Assembly: GCF_964213995.1 (NCBI RefSeq)
Contig: NC_135813.1
Coordinates: forward strand, 61,256,001 to 61,320,000
DNA from: Mustelus asterias
Lineage: Eukaryota
Length of the DNA: 64,000 bases
Direction: 5' to 3'
Below the pieces are notes generated by a model. That model was not told where the DNA came from. It worked only from the letters and a program-made list of their open reading frames with translations, and searched no databases. A program made the translations under genes and the position numbers. Shown here piece after piece: positions 1-11,500 of the stretch. How positions within the stretch are numbered: position 1 is the first letter of the stretch; every line of letters starts with the position of its first letter.

Positions 1-171
1 TCCTTGAACTCAATCAGCGTCGCCATGGTAAGTTGGGTGACGAAATTTACATTCAACAATTTCAGTATGTTATAAATTAGTCTGGTGTTAAGGAAATGTG
101 GAATATTAACTTCAACAAATGTCAAGCGAACAAATTCCAAGCATCCAATCAACGGTCGTGAGGTGTTAGAC

Positions 172-179
172 ATTTGCAT
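172..179 (+). promoter_or_regulatory. Ig light-chain promoter octamer (ATTTGCAT), gene 1; CCAAT at 145-149
   Basis: Exact octamer about 125 bp upstream of the leader ATG; conserved in the paralogous copy at 57119-57126. Confidence 0.85.
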
Positions 180-303
180 AACTCATCGATGCGGACGTGA
201 TATCCGGCGGTGTAAATGTTCTTAAAGAGAGGTTTAGAACCTGCCGAATTATTAGATTCAAGTGGAGAAATATTTTGTTCTGACCGTGATCAGAATCTAC
301 AAA

Positions 304-352
304 ATGGGCGAGTGGCTTCTTGTTCTCGGCGCTATGGCGCTTTGTTTGCAAT
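304..352 (+). CDS. IGL: Ig light chain gene 1, leader exon (MGEWLLVLGAMALCLQ, plus split Cys codon)
   Basis: ATG at 304, hydrophobic signal peptide, phase-1 donor T|GTAAGT at 353; joins in frame to the acceptor at 488. Confidence 0.9.
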
Positions 353-487
353 GTAAGTACGAGCTTGGATGATTTTACAATCTTTCTCTTCCCCTGGTCG
401 GGTGCAATGTTTGATTTGGTCGAAGCAGGACTGCTAAACTGTTTACGGAAGAGTCGCTAAACAATCACTTTTTCCAAAAAAAATTAG

Positions 488-838
488 GTACCAACGCTGC
501 TTATGTGCTAACTCAGTCAGCGTCCGTCTCAACTTCACTGGGGAAAACTGCCAAAATCACTTGTACCGTGTCCGGAGGCAGCATCAGCAGCTACCACAAC
601 AGCTGGTACTGGCAGAAAGCTGACAGTTCCCCTGTCTTCGTTTGGAGGGACTATGATTCTTCCAGAGGTTCGGGGATTCCTGAGCGATTCACTGGATCGA
701 GGGACACATCGAGAAACGTTATGCAGTTAACCATCTCCAATGTAAAGATCGAGGATGTCGCTGATTATTATTGTGGGGCCTGGGATTACACTGTTGGTGG
801 ATTCATTTTCGGGAATGGAACTAAACTCTATGTGGGCG
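488..838 (+). CDS. IGL: Ig lambda-type (type II) light chain gene 1, germline-joined V-J exon
   Basis: ttAG acceptor at 486-487; TNA-AYVLTQ...ITC...SWYWQK...DYYCGAWDYTVGGFIFGNGTKLYVG; the J motif FGxG is contiguous with V with no RSS; donor G|GTAAGT at 839. Confidence 0.95.
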
Positions 839-2567
839 GTAAGTACAATTTTCGCCATGTACATCTAAGATTGTTAAACTTCAAATTCTGAATTTATCTA
901 GCAGCGCAGAAATTCTTTGGAACAAACATTGATAATTCATGCATGATGTCTTAGAAATAAGTCTGTTTCCAGTTTGTTGCTCCAGAAGATAGATGTCCTA
1001 ACATCTTCGGATTTTTTATTTGGAGCGGCATTATAATTTAGCTTGCCGAAATTTAATTTTAATGCATCCATAATACGTGTTAATCTGCATGGGAAGCTAT
1101 TGAGAAACATACAGATGCTTGTTATTTACTGTATATTACCTTGCAATGAAAGTACCCGGTGTGAGGTTTTAAAATGCATATTAAGCGACATCATTACGTG
1201 AAATATTTTATCATTCTCCCACGCGATGGTATTAAGTAGTCGCAATCAGGGAGTTGGAGCCTTTGCATTTTCTGGGAAGATTCAGTGATCTTTGTACTCT
1301 GCAGAAATGGTTCCGTTGTTGCGACATTTTCAATATTGTGTTTCATATCAGTCATTTATTTGTAATTTCACCAGTAAATAATAAATAACAACAATACACC
1401 TTGATTAGATCAGGAATTTTAATATCAATTGCACATTTTAAGAATCCGATGTTTTTTTGGAGATAGGGTATTGAGATATCAGTGATAAAATGGAAATAGT
1501 TGGTTGTCTTCTTATGAGTCTTTACGGATGAGGACGCTAATCTCTGTTTAGTATGGTAAGTAAAATAAAAAATAATGGCTAGAGAGAGATTAATTGAATT
1601 CCATCAAATTGAACTTCCTTGGTAATCTCTGAGAGCTTGATTGATCGTCATCAAGAAATCAAGGCAACTTACTTCCGACAATTGGGGATATGTTTTTCGC
1701 TATTTTCAAAGCAGGAGATGCTCTGCAATTAATGGCACGGCACTCTTCCCCCATCTTTCTCAGCTCATGATATAGCATTGTATAAACATCAGACGTTGAT
1801 CCCACGCAGAGCTTACAAGCGCTGAGGGAATGGTACCTTCGAATCTGATTCATTTTATATGAATGTTACTGCGGGATCAGTAAATAAAAATAAATCCCAG
1901 ATTCAAGCGAAAGTTTACAATCTCTTTGCGCTATTCCAGGAGCAGCAAAACGACACAATTCGAAATTTCTGCCCCATCCTCGAATGATTGTCTGAAAAGA
2001 AGCATATTATTATTTCAAGCTTCTTGCCTTATTTACTATCACCGTGCTTCAAAGTACTTTGTGTGCGGTCCGATATTGTGCGCTAAGGTGCCACTCAGTA
2101 TTCCTTTATAGTAATATTAGCAAGTAGAAATATTTCAGATTTCTGTAGCAAATGATTCGCCGTGTGCTTGGGAACCTAAAATCTGAAATATCTGGAAGCA
2201 TTTAAATCAAACATTGTCTGGAGTTTAACTTTGCCCGGTGTAGTAGTAGTTCTAGGGTTTAATCATAACCAATTGAAAAACAAACCAGACACTAGGCTGG
2301 TGCTCTGAAAGATGGAACAGACTGGGACACTTTTCTCCGGAAGAGAGTGTTGGAGGGGGGTTGTGGGCACCATTTAATACAGCGCTACGAAATTGATAGT
2401 TTCCTAGCATAGATCTTGACAAGGTATTTTCACTTTCGTGTTTCTCCAAATACATGGCGTATAACTATTACATCGTCACTAATAAAATGAGTGAAAAATC
2501 CGAGAGATAACGCTGTACGCAGCGGCCTGTAGTTTACCGCCGCATGCACTGGGCAAGGAGAACAATG

Positions 2568-2702
2568 ATGTGGAGATGCCGGCGTTGGATAGGGGTAAAC
2601 ACAGTAAGAAGTCTCACAACACCAGGTTAAAATCCAACAGGTTTATTTGGTAGCAAAAGCCACTAGCTTTCGGAGCGCTCGCTGCCCCTTCGTCAGGTGA
2701 GT
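2568..2702 (-). mobile_element. Penelope-like element terminal (pLTR) fragment in the J-C intron of gene 1
   Basis: Same family as 35672-35899 and 39866-40627; 14-bp TSD CAAGGAGAACAATG at 2554-2567 and 2703-2716; empty site in the paralog near 59510-59525. Confidence 0.8.
2661..2699 (-). ncRNA. Minimal type I hammerhead ribozyme motif
   Basis: Minus strand reads CAC-CUGACGA-A-GGGGC(AGCGAGC)GCUCC-GAAA-GCU-A-GUG: conserved core, stem I CAC/GUG, stem II and a palindromic AGCU stem III. Confidence 0.75.
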
Positions 2703-2762
2703 CAAGGAGAACAATGCCAGTGTTTTTAGGGAGGAGTTAAATAAGTGTATTTATTCATTTTT

Positions 2763-2918
2763 TAAAGTTTATTTATTAGTGTCACATGTAGGCTAACAAT
2801 AGCACTGCAATGAAGTTACTGGGAAAATCCCCTCGTTGCCACACTCCGGCGCCTGTTCGGATACACTGATGGAGAATTTAGCATGGCCAATGCTCCTAAC
2901 CAGCACGTCTTTCGGACG
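2763..2918 (-). mobile_element. SINE 3' fragment (V-SINE-like)
   Basis: Resembles a shark SINE body and tail (aaagtttatttattagtgtcac...cagcacgtctttcggac); shared with the paralog. Confidence 0.5.
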
Positions 2919-3479
2919 GCACCAGGGAGAAATGGAAAGAAGGATCTGCGATAAGATTAGATGCAGTAGGCTGAGAGGAGACTCCGGTGGAGCATAAATA
3001 TCGGCATAGACCAGTTGGAGAAATTGGCCTGATTCTCCGCTGAACCTTGCATATAATAATCCAACTGAGGTTGTCGGCAGTGAACATTGTTGAATTTACA
3101 TAACAATCTTCGCCACTCATTTGGGGTGCCGGCACGGTGGTACAGCTGTGGTACAGCTGTTCACTCTGCTGCCTCACAGAGCCGTAGGATTCGATTCTGT
3201 CCTTAGAAAAGGTGCTCTCTCGGATGGTAGGTGCACTGTACTGCTGCTGCGTTTCTATGGGAAGAAATCGGGATCTTTAGGGTTTAATCAAAATATGAAT
3301 GAATATTATTCGCAATGTACGGTGCTCTCTCATACTATGTAATAAATCTAAGTACGCTGTGATTAGCTAAGGCTCTCATGGTACAACATATAAATTACAT
3401 AGTTAGAAAATATCTTTTCATTTTGCCTGCATCTAAATCGTCGTAGATGTTCATACGTTGTTCCTACTTTTCTTTACAG

Positions 3480-3802
3480 AGCCTAAGGCCCCCACTGTCA
3501 CCGTCCTACCGCCTTCATCTGATCAAATCAAAGAAAAGGACAAGGCCACCCTGGTGTGTTTTCTTAATGGCTTTAATCCGGGAATTGTGGCGGTTGAATG
3601 GACTGTAGATGGCAGCGTCAGAGGGAATGGTGTTGTTACCAGTCGTGTACTGCAGGAGGCGGACAACACGTTCAGTGTGAGCAGTTATCTGACTCTGTCT
3701 TCCTCAGAGTGGAACTCACACGAGCTTTACTCCTGTGTGGTTAAACACGAGGCCCTAGCAAACCCGCTTAAAACAACTATAGAGAGGTCTAGCTGTATCT
3801 GA
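3480..3802 (+). CDS. IGL: Ig light chain gene 1, constant exon
   Basis: Polypyrimidine tract and acAG acceptor at 3478-3479; (E)PKAPTVTVLPPS...LVC...W...YSCVVKHE...RSSCI*; C1-set Ig domain with penultimate interchain Cys. Confidence 0.95.
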
Positions 3803-3992
3803 TGCAAGAATATTGAGTATTCTTCAATTGTAACCTTACTGAACGTCAGCAGAGCAAAACTGGAACTTAAAGGTGAATTTTTATTTTAAATGCTGTATTT
3901 CAAATAATAACATCAACCCAATTAGTTTATGCCATACCATTGTGAGGATGTGCTGACTCTGCAGTCATCTCACCTTTGTGCCACTGCATTGT

Positions 3993-3998
3993 AATAAA
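3993..3998 (+). terminator. polyadenylation signal, gene 1
   Basis: AATAAA about 190 bp after the stop, followed by GT/T-rich sequence; conserved at 60981-60986. Confidence 0.7.
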
Positions 3999-5539
3999 AT
4001 TATTCTTTCAGTGTGTCAGTTTAGAGTATCGTTTTCTTACTTCAATTTTCTTCGAATTTCTGGCCATTTTAAATTTCCTAATCGCGAGGCCGTATTCTTT
4101 ATAATATTTTGGGCATTTATAGAAAACACTTGTTCGAAATAACGCTTTTACAAAATTAATGGTTGGTCCCTTGGTACTGATATAACCTATCAAATGCTAC
4201 ATTGGCTTTAATACCTTGCATAATGATTGAAATACCTTCTGTCTGTGATGGAGTTAATCATTCGTCCTTGTTCTGCGTGACCTCAGTGTGGAACCAAACA
4301 AAGTCGCAGGACAAGCATTGGAAAATCTATATGGTAATCAGAATCCAACAGAATCAGATGGGAAGCTGAGCTTAAAAATAAATCAAACATCAGCATGTTT
4401 CAGCAAAAAGTGTACATGTGTCTTAGAATCGATCAAGTACATTGAATGAACAGTTTTGTCAAGCCGTGGATATTTGATCAGCGATAGTTACTTTTAAGAA
4501 AATGTCGAATCTTTTGTTTAAGTAGGAGAATATTGGCACAAATGCATCGCCAGCCGTGTCGCTGAGCGTCTGGCAGCCGACGTATTGAGGGACAACAGCA
4601 ACACTCTGCCTCAGCTGCTGCATAAAGAACTTTGTCACCTGACAGCATTCTAAAAGCTAAAGTAAAGTAAAAACAAGGCGGCAAGGTTTACTTGCTACAG
4701 CTGAGCTAGTTGCAGATTGGAAAGAGACACAAGGAGTGAAGGGGCAGCACAGTAAAGTCTATGTGTTACACGGCAGGAAGCAACAACTAAACTGAGGTGG
4801 TGCCGAAGCATGCTAGCAACTTTAAGTGTGTTGAGCAGGCAAAGGAAGCTGAGTACCGGGGCCAATGTGAGCTATGAGCTATTAGCCAAAGGCTGTGACA
4901 CAGCTGATTCGACTGGTCAAATCGACTGTAACAAAATATTGGGAGACGTAGGCTGATACGCAGTCAGACGTTCACTGCTGCAGACTTAGGTAAAGACTGT
5001 CACTCATGGGTGCTAAGACTGATTACATTCTGGGGTACATGAACCAGGACCCGTGAGCTTGCAAACAGTATAGCAGGACAGGACAAACGCAGAAACAGCA
5101 TGCGTTACATCTAAAAGAGGATTCACGACAGTAAAAAGAAAATGGGTTAAGTAGACAATCGCAGAGACAGAAGGTTGAGGCAAGCTTGTTTCACTGCACT
5201 GTTTTATTGTGAATTTGTCAGCTAAACTGCAGTCTGCAGAACCTTGCACAGGCTAGCTCCACCTCTTTAGAGGGTCACCGTTGAAAGCGTAAAATCTTTG
5301 TTGGCCTTATGTCAGTTAACGTTAAGAACGGAACATAAATGTTATCGTTGAATACATAACGTTTCCTCAATTGATAAACTTAAAGGAGGGAGCGAAACAA
5401 AGTCGTCTGTCCTGTGCTCCCCTAAGAATCTTTCCCTCTTCTCCCATCCCTACACCTCGTTTTCTTGAGCACATTCAAAACTCTGCCGATTCCCGGCTCG
5501 CAGCACTTGCAGCACACCCGCCAAAGGAACATAGGGCAG

Positions 5540-6905
5540 GAGGAAACCGGGAAATGAAGGCCAGTAAGCCTAACATATGCCGCTGGGAAAATGCTAACAT
5601 ATATTGTTTAGTGAATACTGGGAGGAAGCTTTGAAAATAACAATATAGTCAAAAAGAGTCAACAAAGTTTATTAAAAGTAGATCGTGGCTCACAAATTCA
5701 TTATCGTTCTTTGAAGGCTTTACAGGCAGAAGAAATAAACGAAACCCAGTAGATGTAGTCTATTTTGATTTCCAAAATCATTCAATAAGGCAAGTACAAG
5801 TACAGGTTTATTACAGAACATGCTAGCGTTGGATGCACTAAATGAGCACAGATAGACGATGTGCCAACCAACATTTAATATAGAGTCTGGAAAATGAGCC
5901 ATTCCTTGGTTAGCAAACTAATTAGTGGAGGGCCGTAGGTTATGGAGCGTCAACGTTTTACAATCTATATGAAGGGCGGATGAAAAGACCATGTGTATAT
6001 AACAAAGTTGCTGACCATACAAAGGTAATCAAGAAAGCAAATTTTGAGCAGGCTAAAAAGTGTCCGAAAGGGGATATAGATGGGATAAGCGGATGGGTAA
6101 AATTTACCAATGGAGTATAATGTGCGAAAATGTGAGGTTCTCAATTTGGCGGGAGCAATAGAAAAACTGGGCATTATTTAGATGGAGAGAGACTGCCGAA
6201 TTCTACAGCACAGAGATTTGGGTGTCCTCCTTCGTGAAGCACAAAAGGTTAGCGTGCAGGTACAGCAACTAATTAGGAGGAAAAATAAAGCATCGGAATT
6301 TAATGGAATGGTGAACTGTAAAAATAAGAAAGGTTTAGTATTGCTGATGATATTGATGAGACCGTAATTAGACAATTTCGCCGTTTGGCCTCTTTATTTG
6401 AGGAGTAATATTGGTGCATTAGTGAAAGTTCAGGGAAGGCCAGCAGTTGATTTCCGGGAAGATGTCATTGCCTGAGGACGAAAGGTTAAGCAACTTAGGC
6501 CTGTCATCACTGTTTTTTTAGAAGAGTGAAAGGTGATCTTATTAAAAATCTAGGTTTCTGAGGAATCTTAACAGGGAGCATGTTTCTCGTCGTTGGAGAG
6601 TTTAGAACTGCCGGCACTATCTCAGATTTAGGCGTCTCCCATTTAAGACACGGACGATGGAGAATTTATTGTCTTAGATCATGGTCATCCTATAGAATTC
6701 CATGGGAAATAGGAGTCTGGATCACTGAATGCATTCAAGGCAGAGTTAGGAGGGTTTTTGATCGACAAGGGTGTCAATTGTTAAGGGAGGCAGACAGGAA
6801 AGTAGATTTTAGGCAACAATCAAATAAACCATGATCTTGTTGAATGAGGGAGCAGGCTTGAGAGCCAGATTGTTTACCTTGCTGCCCTTTCGCACGTTCT
6901 TGTGA
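5540..6905 (+). mobile_element. Old degenerate CR1 LINE 3' part
   Basis: Decayed RT motifs (YFDFQ.., RDLGVL, LMRP) and a CR1-type 3' UTR; paralogous copies at about 37020-37860 and 62560-63925. Confidence 0.65.
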
Positions 6906-8599
6906 TAGTAGGAGATTTTGTTCCTCGTCAATTAGCTCATGGGCTGCTGTGAATGTTAATAGCCTTGCCCATTAACCTTACTAATCCTGCCTCAGAACAA
7001 TTCACCAACCTCCTTAAAAAATAAATAAACCGACCTATTTTGAATGAGGTTTTGGGTGAAGTCTATTCTGGATTCTCACTTCACTTTGTGCCACGAAGTG
7101 CACTGAGCACCCCTGAGTGGCAAATATGTAATTGTAACATAAAAGCCCATTTCTCCTGAACCAATTCCGTCACAGTAACCACCTTAATTAGATCATATGC
7201 TCACGGAATACAAGTCTATGCAGCCAGTTCTTGTAACACTTTAGGCATGGTATCATTATGGGGAATTTTCTCTGCCCCACCTAACTTCGACATGCATTTC
7301 CTGAGATGTGCTGCCCAGAAAAGAATAGATGATTCCATATGTGGTCAAACCAGATATTTGTATAGCTTTATAATGGTTACCAGGGGACAGTTGGCTAAAT
7401 GGTCAACACTGTGAGCTTGATTTCAGTTTTGACTGGACGCCTGCCCACCCACCCCATCATTGAGAGTGGGAGGCAGTGGCGACAGAACCAAGAATGACGC
7501 ATCAGGAAACAATGCTTTTGGGCAGCGAATGCGACAACTATCCATGCACATCACAGCCATTTTGAGATAAAGGCCAAATTTTTACCCGTTGCAATTCCTT
7601 TGTTTCCTGGATTTAACTGGCGGCGGAAGAGGCCATTTCCAGAACGCCAGCCCGGCAGATTTCGCTGCGCGGGCAGGTTTGGTGCGGGGCAATCTCTCCT
7701 GAATGAGACTCAAGGTCCATCTGATATGGAAATATGGAGGTTTATGTGGGCAAGTATCAAGCCGTCCATTTTAGTCTTGAGACTGACAGCTCAAATATTT
7801 ACTTAATTCTAGAATCTATGGATGAACAAAGGGATTTAGGTGGCTGTATACAAAGGCCACTCAAAATGATGGAACAGTTGCAAAAGGAAAAGTCAGACAG
7901 AAGGTAGCACTTTACCACAGACGCATTAGAATTAAAATGTGAGGGTACGATGCAGGGTTTTTTGGATAACGGGGTTGCCTGCCCCGACAACTAGATAGGT
8001 TAGCAGTCCCAACAGCAAGATTCATCCCCTGAAGAAGGGATCTCACAGTAGCTTTCGCAGTGAAAACCGTCGGGCTACCCACCTTGCCTTCGCCTTCCCC
8101 TGGTGCAGGTGAAATACGGGAGACGGAATGAATTTCTTCCGTGAGCATCAATTAACATCTTAAGGGCTTTAAACGGCCGAAGGGTGGGCGGGCTGCCTGA
8201 CACACTCCTTGTTCAGTATAATATGGGTGTCCGATCCGGAGTGCGCAGGAAGGCATTGTGGTCTTATGGTCAAATAGGGTGCAACGTGAGTCATTAAACA
8301 CGAGACAGAGGCTGTGATGCAGCTGAGTAAATAATCTCGGCTCGTAGCAACGAATGTGACAAAATATCGGTAGATGAGAGCTACCTTAAACCCCCACAAG
8401 ATTTTTAACCCGAACCCCACTGTGCCAGACCTGAGTGAAGACTTCCTGAGCTGCAAATAAGCTGGCATGACCGGTGGACAAACACAGAACGAATATTTCT
8501 TACATTTAAGTAAATATTCAAACCAGTAGGAAACTTGATTAAGTAGTCACCCTCAGAGTTCGAAGGTTGAGACACTCTATGCCAGTAACTTTCCTTGTT

Positions 8600-11500
8600 G
8601 AACAAAGAACAAAGAACAAAGAACAGTACAGCACAGGAAACAGGCCCTTCGGCCCTCCAAGCCTGTGCCGCTCCTTGGTCCAACTAGACCAATCGTTTGT
8701 ATCCCTCCATTCCCAGGCTGCTCATGTGACTATCCAGGTAAGTCTTAAACGATGTCAGCGTGCCAGCCTCCACCACCCTACTTGGCAGCGCATTCCAGGC
8801 CGCCACCACCCTCTGTGTAAAAAACGTCCCTCTGATGTCTGAGTTATACTTCGCCCCTCTCAGCTTGAGCCCGTGACCCCTCGTGATCGTCACCTCCGAC
8901 CTGGGACAAAGCTTCCCACTGTTCACCCTATCTATACCCTTCATAATCTTGTACACCTCTATTAGATCTCCCCTCATTCTCCGTCTTTCCAAGGAGAACA
9001 ACCCCAGTCTACCCAATCTCTCCTCATAGCTAAGACCCTCCATACCAGGCAACATCCTGGTAAACCTTCTCTGCACTCTCTCCAATGCCTCCACGTCCTT
9101 CTGGTAGTGCGGCGACCAGAACTGGACGCAGTACTCCAAATGTGGCCTAACCAGCGTTCTATACAGCTGCATCATCAGACTCCAGCTTTTATACTCTATA
9201 CCCCGTCCTATAAAGGCAAGCATACCATATGCCTTCTTCACCACCTTCTCCACCTGTGTTGCCACCTTCAAGGATTTGTGGACTTGCACACCTAGGTCCC
9301 TCTGTGTTTCTATACTCCTGATGACTCTGCCATTTATTGTATAACTCCTCCCTACATTATTTCTTCCAAAATGCATCACTTCGCATTTATCCGGATTAAA
9401 TTCCATCTGCCACCTCTCCGCCCAATTTTCCAGCCTATCTATATCCTGCTGTATTGCCCGACAATGCTCTTCGCTATCCGCAATTCCAGCCATCTTCGTG
9501 TCATCCGCAAACTTGCTGATTACACCAGTTACACCTTCTTCCAAATCATTTATATATATCACAAATAGCAGAGGTCCCAGTACAGAGCCCTGCGGAACAC
9601 CACTGGTCACAGACCTCCAGCCGGAAAAAGACCCTTCGACCACTACCCTCTGTCTCCTGTGGCCAAGCCAGTTCTCCACCCATCGAGCCACTTCTCCTTG
9701 TATCCCATGAGCCTTAACCTTCTTAACCAACCTGCCATGTGGGACTTTGTCAAATGCCTTACTGAAATCCATATAGACGACATCCACGGCCCTTCCTTCA
9801 TCAACCGTTTTTGTCACTTCCTCAAAAAACTCCACCAAATTTGTAAGGCACGACCTCCCTCTTACAAAACCATGTTGTCTGTCACTAATGAGATTGTTCT
9901 GTTCTAAATGCACATACATCCTGTCTCTAAGAATCCTCTCCAACAACTTCCCTACCACGGACGTCAAGCTCACCGGCCTATAATTTCCTGGGTTATCCCT
10001 GCTACCCTTCTTAAACAACGGGACCACATTCGCTATCCTCCAATCCTCAGGGACCTCACCCGTGTCCAAAGAAGCGACAAAGATTTCCGTCAGAGGCCCA
10101 GCAATTTCACCTCTCGTCTCCCTGAGCAGTCGAGGATAGATGCCATCAGGCCCTGGGGCTTTGTCAGTTTTAATGTTCCCTAAAAAACCTAACACTTCCT
10201 CTCTTGTAATGGAGATTTTCTCTAACGGGTCAACACCTCCCTCCGAGACACTCCCGGTTAACACGCCCCTCTCCTTCGTGAATACCGATGCAAAGTAATC
10301 ATTTAGGATCTCCCCTATTCCCTTGGGTTCTAAGCATAATTCCCCTCCTTTGTCCCTGAGAGGTCCTATTTTCTCCCTGACAACTCTTTTGTTCCTAACG
10401 TATGAATAGAATGCCTTAGGATTCTCCTTAATCCTGCCTGCCAAGAACATCTCGTGACCTCTTTTTGCCCTTCTAACTCCCCGTTTGAGATCTGTCCTAC
10501 TCTCTCTGTATTCCTCCAGAGCTCCATCTGTTTTTAGTTGCCTGGACGTAACGTACGCCTCCCTTTTCATTTTAATCAGATCCTCAATTTCCCTGGTTAT
10601 CCACGGCTCTCGAATCCTACCTTTCCTATCTTTCCTTTTTACAGGCACATGCCTATCCTGCAGCCTTATCAATAGTTCCTTAAAAGACTCCCACATGCCA
10701 GACGCGGACTTACCCTCGAACATCCTCTCCCAATCAACATCCACCAATTCCTGCCTAATCCGGCTATAGTCAGCCTTCCCCCAATTTAGCACCCTGTCCG
10801 TAGGACAGCACTCATCCTTGTCCATTACTATCCTAAAGTTAACAGAGTTGTGGTCACTATTTGCCACATGTTCCCCTACCGAAACTTTGACGACCTGACC
10901 GGGCTCATTTCCCAGAACTAGGTCCAGTATAGCCCCCTCTCTAGTCGGGCTATCTACATACTGTTCCAAAGAACCTTCCAGTACGCATTTTACAAATTTC
11001 TCCCCGTCCGGTCCCCCAGCTCTAAGCACTTTCCAGTCTGTGCCAGGGAAATTAAAGTCCCCCACTACAACAACCCTATGTTTTCTGCACCTATCCAGAA
11101 TCTCCTGACATATCATTTCCTCCACTTCCCGTGGGCTGTTGGGTGGTCTGTAGTACACCCCCAGCATAGTGACTGCACCCTTCCTGTTTCTGAGTTCCAC
11201 CCACAGCGACTCAGTACATGACCCCTCTAAGTTGTCTACCCTCTGCACCGCGGTAATATGCTCCTTAACTAATATCGCTACTCCCCCACCTTTTTTAGCC
11301 CCTCCTCTGTCTCGCCTAAAACACTTATACCCCGGAATATTCAGCTGCCAGTCCTGTCCTTCTTTTAACCAAGTTTCCGTCACCGCAACCACATCCAAAT
11401 TCCGCACAAGCATTAAGGCCCTAAGTTCGTCTGTTTTACCCGTTACACTCCTCGCATTGAAGCAGATGCACTCCAGACCTCCAGGCCCAGTCAGGTCCTC

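Larger units (their letters stand above)
1..6983 (+). repeat. Segmental duplication copy A (paralog of 56948-64000)
   Basis: Colinear high identity by eye across promoter, exons, introns and 3' flank; both copies run off the window edges. Confidence 0.95.

Noticed and set aside
839-891. ORF extension past J in gene 1
   Set aside because: Intronic read-through beyond a canonical donor; not conserved in gene 2, which has an immediate stop.
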